Assembly: GCF_963921235.1 (NCBI RefSeq)
Contig: NC_086124.1
Location: 28,148,001 to 28,212,000, forward strand
Length of the DNA stretch: 64,000 nucleotides
DNA from: Mobula hypostoma
Lineage: Eukaryota
Reading direction: 5' to 3'
Below, one piece after another: positions 59,601 to 64,000 of this stretch. The position numbers were made by a program, and so were the translations under genes. Under the pieces are notes generated by a model. The model made no database searches, had not been told where the DNA came from, and saw nothing but the letters and a program-made list of their open reading frames with translations. Each line of letters opens with the position of its first letter. Within the stretch, counting starts at the first letter, position 1.

Positions 59601-62600
59601 CGTGTGCCTGTAAATCACGGCGTTTAGACTTTTTCCTTATCATCCTTTGAGATTCAGCGTGGAAAAGGCCCTTCCGACCCATTAAACCGCGCCGTTCGGC
59701 AAACTACCTATTTAACAATGGCTTAATCACAGGACAATTCGCAACGACCAGTTAACCTACCAAGTGGTATGTATTTGGATTGTGAGAGGAAACCGGAGTA
59801 CTTGGAGAAAATGCATGTGTTCCCGGGACGGATGTACAAACTCCGGTCAGAGGACGACGGAATTGAACTTCGATCTCCGATGCAACGAGCTGCAATTGAG
59901 TCGTGGAAACCGCGACGCTGCTATGGCTCCGCAGGTAAATTACCGAGTAAGACCCACTGAGTAAAAGAGCAAATATATTGGGAGAGGGAGACACAGTCAC
60001 CGGCTTTCACTGCGTCGGAGATTCAGGGGTTTCACAGAAAATGCGGAAAATAGGTAAGCCTGCTTCTCTCGGAGTCATAACAGGTTGATAATAGGTTTTC
60101 AGAGTCATGCTGACAGAAAGACCGGATACTCAGTTATAAACATGGTAGTGTGCAACAGAGAATATTATCTCTGCCATGGGCGGTCCGAACCACAGCTGTA
60201 AAAGAAGGAGAGTTGGGCGTGGGCCCAGCAAACCAATCACTTAAAAACCTAGAGCTACAGTAACGTCAACAGAACCTCCAAAGAACATCGCTGGGAGAGG
60301 AAAGAAGACATCCGATGTAGTCTGGAAAACGGAGAAGGCATGGGGTCGATTTATCTCCACTCGGCCTTGGGTTGAGGATCCGGGCAAGCTGCTGTTGGCG
60401 GCCGATGCCACAGGAGGGGTGGGCGGCTAAAGAAGAAATGGAAGATGTAATATTAGGTCACTTTGCTGACAACATTCCAGGCCAATTTCTTCAGGAGTGT
60501 GCACACGAGCTGACTGACATTGCAAGGACATCTTCAAAACTTCACCCATCCAGGCATAAGCAATTTGTCCCAGGGAGAATAAATTATTGTCGTAAGCAAC
60601 GTCATTGTGACGATTGTACTTGCATTGAATCACCTACTGATATATCTGATCTCAACGGCCCAAAATAGGAAGTGGTTTTGAGTTTGTGAGATTCCACCAG
60701 TGGGACATAAAGGATGCTTGTTGTGTTGAATACCAACAGCTTCAGAGTGTTTCCGGTGACTTAGTAGGAATAGAAAGGAAAGGACAGAGCCAGTATTTCC
60801 AGTGAGTAGTGTGAGCTTGGACGAACAGTGGTTGGTACCTAGGTGGGACTCTCTGTAGTCGAGAAGGAAGCAAGTACGAAACAAGTGTTGAAAGGGCTTC
60901 AGGATGAGCACAGGTTAGAGGTACAGGAGCATTATAACCTGAACTTCCAGCATGGGCAACGACCTCAAACCTCTGGCTGTGGAACAGCCGAGGACCCTGT
61001 CACGACCGGGTCTCGTCACCAGGACAAGATCTGTTTACAGTTTACTATTTACAGTTTACCTCTGCTGAGCAACTCACCGATATCGAATTATACTCATAAA
61101 CTTACCTGTGGCAACATTTCGTTTCATGCGCTGTGTATCATGTATATTATATATGTTCTCCGTTGTCTCGGGGAACAATGCTTCGTTTGATCGTATATAT
61201 GCACCGCCAGATGATAATAAATGTGAACTTGAGAAGGAGAAAGGTTAAAGACGCGTAGAAGTTCAATTTATCATGCACTGCGTAATTGTTAACTGAAGTG
61301 CGTTGTCAAACAGAGTCATAGATGGTGATAGAAAGGAACATCTGAAAATATATAGACAGACATAAACGCAAGTAGAGGTAGTGGTGACAAGTGTATTTAC
61401 CTATGACAGGATTGCATTGAAAACAGATCAGACCACTTTTTCCTGTGCGGCAATCCTAAACACCAGAGAGTATCGAATTAGAGTGAGAAGGAGGATATTT
61501 CAAAGGAGTCTTACACAAGGGGAGGCTTTCACACAAGAGTGATGGATGCAGGAACGTGTTGCCGGGATAATCGCTGTGGGTAGTTTGTAACTGCAGCGAT
61601 TATGCGATGTTCAGATCGGTTGACATGTGAATTGTGTAATATCCACTATATGGCGGCGCATAGGGTTAGTTTAAAATGTTTGGATAATAATTCAGAATTG
61701 GCGATGTTCTGCATGTTGAGGAAGTTTCTCGAAAGATTCTGCCCGATGTATGCCAATTGCGGATTTGGGAAGCAACATGGCAGATGGTGGTTAATCCGGA
61801 ATTAGTGCCCTTCTGCACACTGTGTGTGGGGTGAGGTTAAATGCAAGGATAAATGCAAGGACTGGAAACTTAGTAGCTTTGATGTACAGTAGGAACTTAG
61901 GCTCCAGCTCGCTTTTTCTGAACGGAACAATGCATGCAGAGATGCTGGTAAAGAAGATTTAATTATTCTATTAAATGGCCGTAATTTTAGTGATGTTCAG
62001 TAAGTCATGCAGCAACTGCGTGAATAACTGTACGTCGATATCTCCGACTTCCAGTTCATTTTCCACCTCTATTCTCCTCTTCTTTAACTGTCCACTGTGC
62101 CCCCAGTTGCTTCCTTTCTCTTCTCCACCGCGCATTTCCTCCGCTCACTGCCCTTTCACTTTCTCCTGTGATCAACTCGCTTTTCCGATCTGATTCCTTC
62201 TTCTGCTATCTGTTTTCCACTTACCACCACCTAATATTAGGTCACACCTCTCTCCTATTTACCTGACTTTAACTGCCACTTTCTAGTCTGTATACTTTCC
62301 CCACCGCCCACCTTATTACTCTGATTTCTTTCCTCTTCCTTTCCAGTTTTGATGAAGGTTCCGGAAACCTCAACTGTTTATTCATTGATACAGATCCCGT
62401 CTGAGCTAATGAGTCCCTCCAGGATTTTGTATGACTTGGTGAGGATGCGTAGCATCTACAAAATCTCTTGGCTGCAGAAATAATTGTTTTGGCCACATTT
62501 AGACCATCACTTAGACAGAGTATTGATTAAGCAGAGATGCACATGAGGAGTTTAAATTAGCGTTACTGTTGGCATCCCAATCATGTGCCAAACGGCCTAT

Positions 62601-63051
62601 TCCTGTGCTGCAGTGATCTGTGTTCATCATTTTTACCCACGTATTTATAACATTGAGTTTAGTTGAGATTATTTGATTCGATTACTGGGCCAGACAGCCC
62701 CGTTCCCTATAGTTCTTGAGAGACAGACAGAATGGTAGAACGTGGCACACATCTGCTAATAATATATTTTGCGGCATAGAAGCTTGTCGTTTTTACTGGT
62801 TCGAGAAATTGAGGAACGAAGTTTCATTTTAACAGTATTGTATTTTTCTTCTTTATCGATACAGCACGGTATCAGCGGTTTCCTCCAGGACCTTCACGTC
62901 TTTGGAATGTGAATGGCACCGAAGCATCTGGAGTAAACCTCCGCCGTCGCCGATAGAACGTACAAAATTCATCGAGACTTCTGCGGGGACTGAAACCGCG
63001 CCTCAGGCGCTGTGAAGCATTGTGCGAACCGCTACGCCACGATCAACTGGT

Positions 63052-63680
63052 AGGCTACGTCCACACCAAACCGGATGATTTTGAAAACGCCGGTTTCGCG
63101 TAAAAACGATAGGCGTCCACACCAGGCGTTTTTGAGAACTCCTCCGTCCACATTAAAACGGGTATTTGGTCGAATCTCCTCCTGCTGGGCATGGGCAGGA
63201 CAGACCCACGGAAAACAGGCGAAGAGGAAACGGTATACTATTTCCGTTTCCGCGGCGGCTTTGTGCTACTTACATTAGTCAAAAGGTAGCGTACCTACAA
63301 CAACAGCGAAAGAAAGTTTTCAACAATGTCTTCGAGGAATACAAAGTAAACCTCCACTGGAAAAAGCAGCTACTAACGTAGACAATAAAGTAAACAACGA
63401 ACGCATGAAGCTGTCCGCCATTTTTGTTCTGGTGTTGGAGGCTGCGGTCAAGGAAACAATGAAATGCCGCGCTGCCGCCGCCATCTGTTCCTGATATCGT
63501 TTTTTAAAAAGCTCTGGTTACCCCGTACACACCACATCGCCCGACCGGCGTTTTCAGATTTGCACAGTCTGGGGGGTGTTTTAGAGAAGCTCCGTTTTCG
63601 GGGGAGGAAGACGCCGTTTCAGTGTGTACGGAGGGTCAAAAGGAAGAGAAAAATCTTCGGTTACGGATTCATCCCGTCTA
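63052..63680. mobile_element. PIF/Harbinger-like non-autonomous DNA element
   Basis: Starts AGGCTACGTCCACAC with subterminal CGTCCACAC repeats; the far end looks truncated against the GPCR stop codon. Family assignment from memory. Confidence 0.55.
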
Positions 63681-63684
63681 GAGT

Positions 63685-64000
63685 TCATCTCACAATGTGG
63701 GTGAATGGAAATTTCAACACCTCCCGCATCTGCTCCCTGAACTTCTTCTGGGTCACGGCGTAAAGAGCCGTGTTTGTGCAGCAGCTCAGGAGCTGCAGCA
63801 TGTAGCCCAGCTCCCTTGTGGTCGAAGGTGGGAACGAGGGATACATCAGATATGATAAACGAAAAAAATATGATCGTGTCCACACAGTGTGCACAACAAA
63901 AACCACCCACAACACGATGAAATTCGCCGACACGACCAACAGTAAAATGAGCGACTTCTTCCGGCTCTGCATCTCCGGGTCTTTGGAGCTATCCCCATTG
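63685..64000 (-). CDS. GPR139/GPR142-like GPCR, C-terminal part (gene copy 3; continues beyond window)
   Basis: Open frame NGDSSKDPEMQSRKKSLILLLVVSANFIVLW...LGYMLQLLSCCTNTALYAVTQKKFREQMREVLKFPFTHIVR-stop; close nucleotide similarity to 55490-55830. Confidence 0.85.
   Translation of the reverse strand, partial: NGDSSKDPEMQSRKKSLILLLVVSANFIVLWVVFVVHTVWTRSYFFRLSYLMYPSFPPSTTRELGYMLQLLSCCTNTALYAVTQKKFREQMREVLKFPFTHIVR

Noticed and set aside
60372-60668. 98-aa ORF with a Cys cluster (YCRKQRHCDDCTC)
   Set aside because: Starts at a non-ATG codon among RTE/Rex fragments; no domain recognised.
1-64000. CRISPR array, rRNA or tRNA genes
   Set aside because: Tandem repeats have no unique spacers; no rRNA or cloverleaf sequence was recognised.

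Overview
64 kb of repeat-dense vertebrate genomic DNA with one 200-N assembly gap (166-365). The gene and repeat content points to a cartilaginous fish, probably a ray (inference; no search was run). (1) A minus-strand MHC-family gene has three in-phase exons: leader 9741-9888 in a CpG island, membrane-distal domain 8316-8573 and Ig C1 domain 3009-3290. It has class II-type exon organisation but class I-type interface residues, as in W-category beta chains. (2) Upstream on the same strand lies a decayed MHC alpha-chain-like gene: an alpha1-like exon at 21857-22100 with a frameshift and a degenerate Ig exon at 17393-18024 split by an insertion. (3) A tandem set of GPR139/GPR142-like class A GPCR genes lies on the minus strand (37.7-45.8 kb, 55.5-56.6 kb, 63.7 kb to the window end); at least two are pseudogenes. 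(4) Mobile elements include CR1, Penelope-like (RT + GIY-YIG), Rex-Babar/RTE fragments, an AT-rich R4/Dong-clade RT remnant, a Buster-type hAT nested in a Tc1 remnant, Gypsy and solo-LTR remnants, a Harbinger-like element, and an endogenous retrovirus remnant with a non-gamma, fusion-protein-like env. All family assignments come from manual translation and motif comparison.
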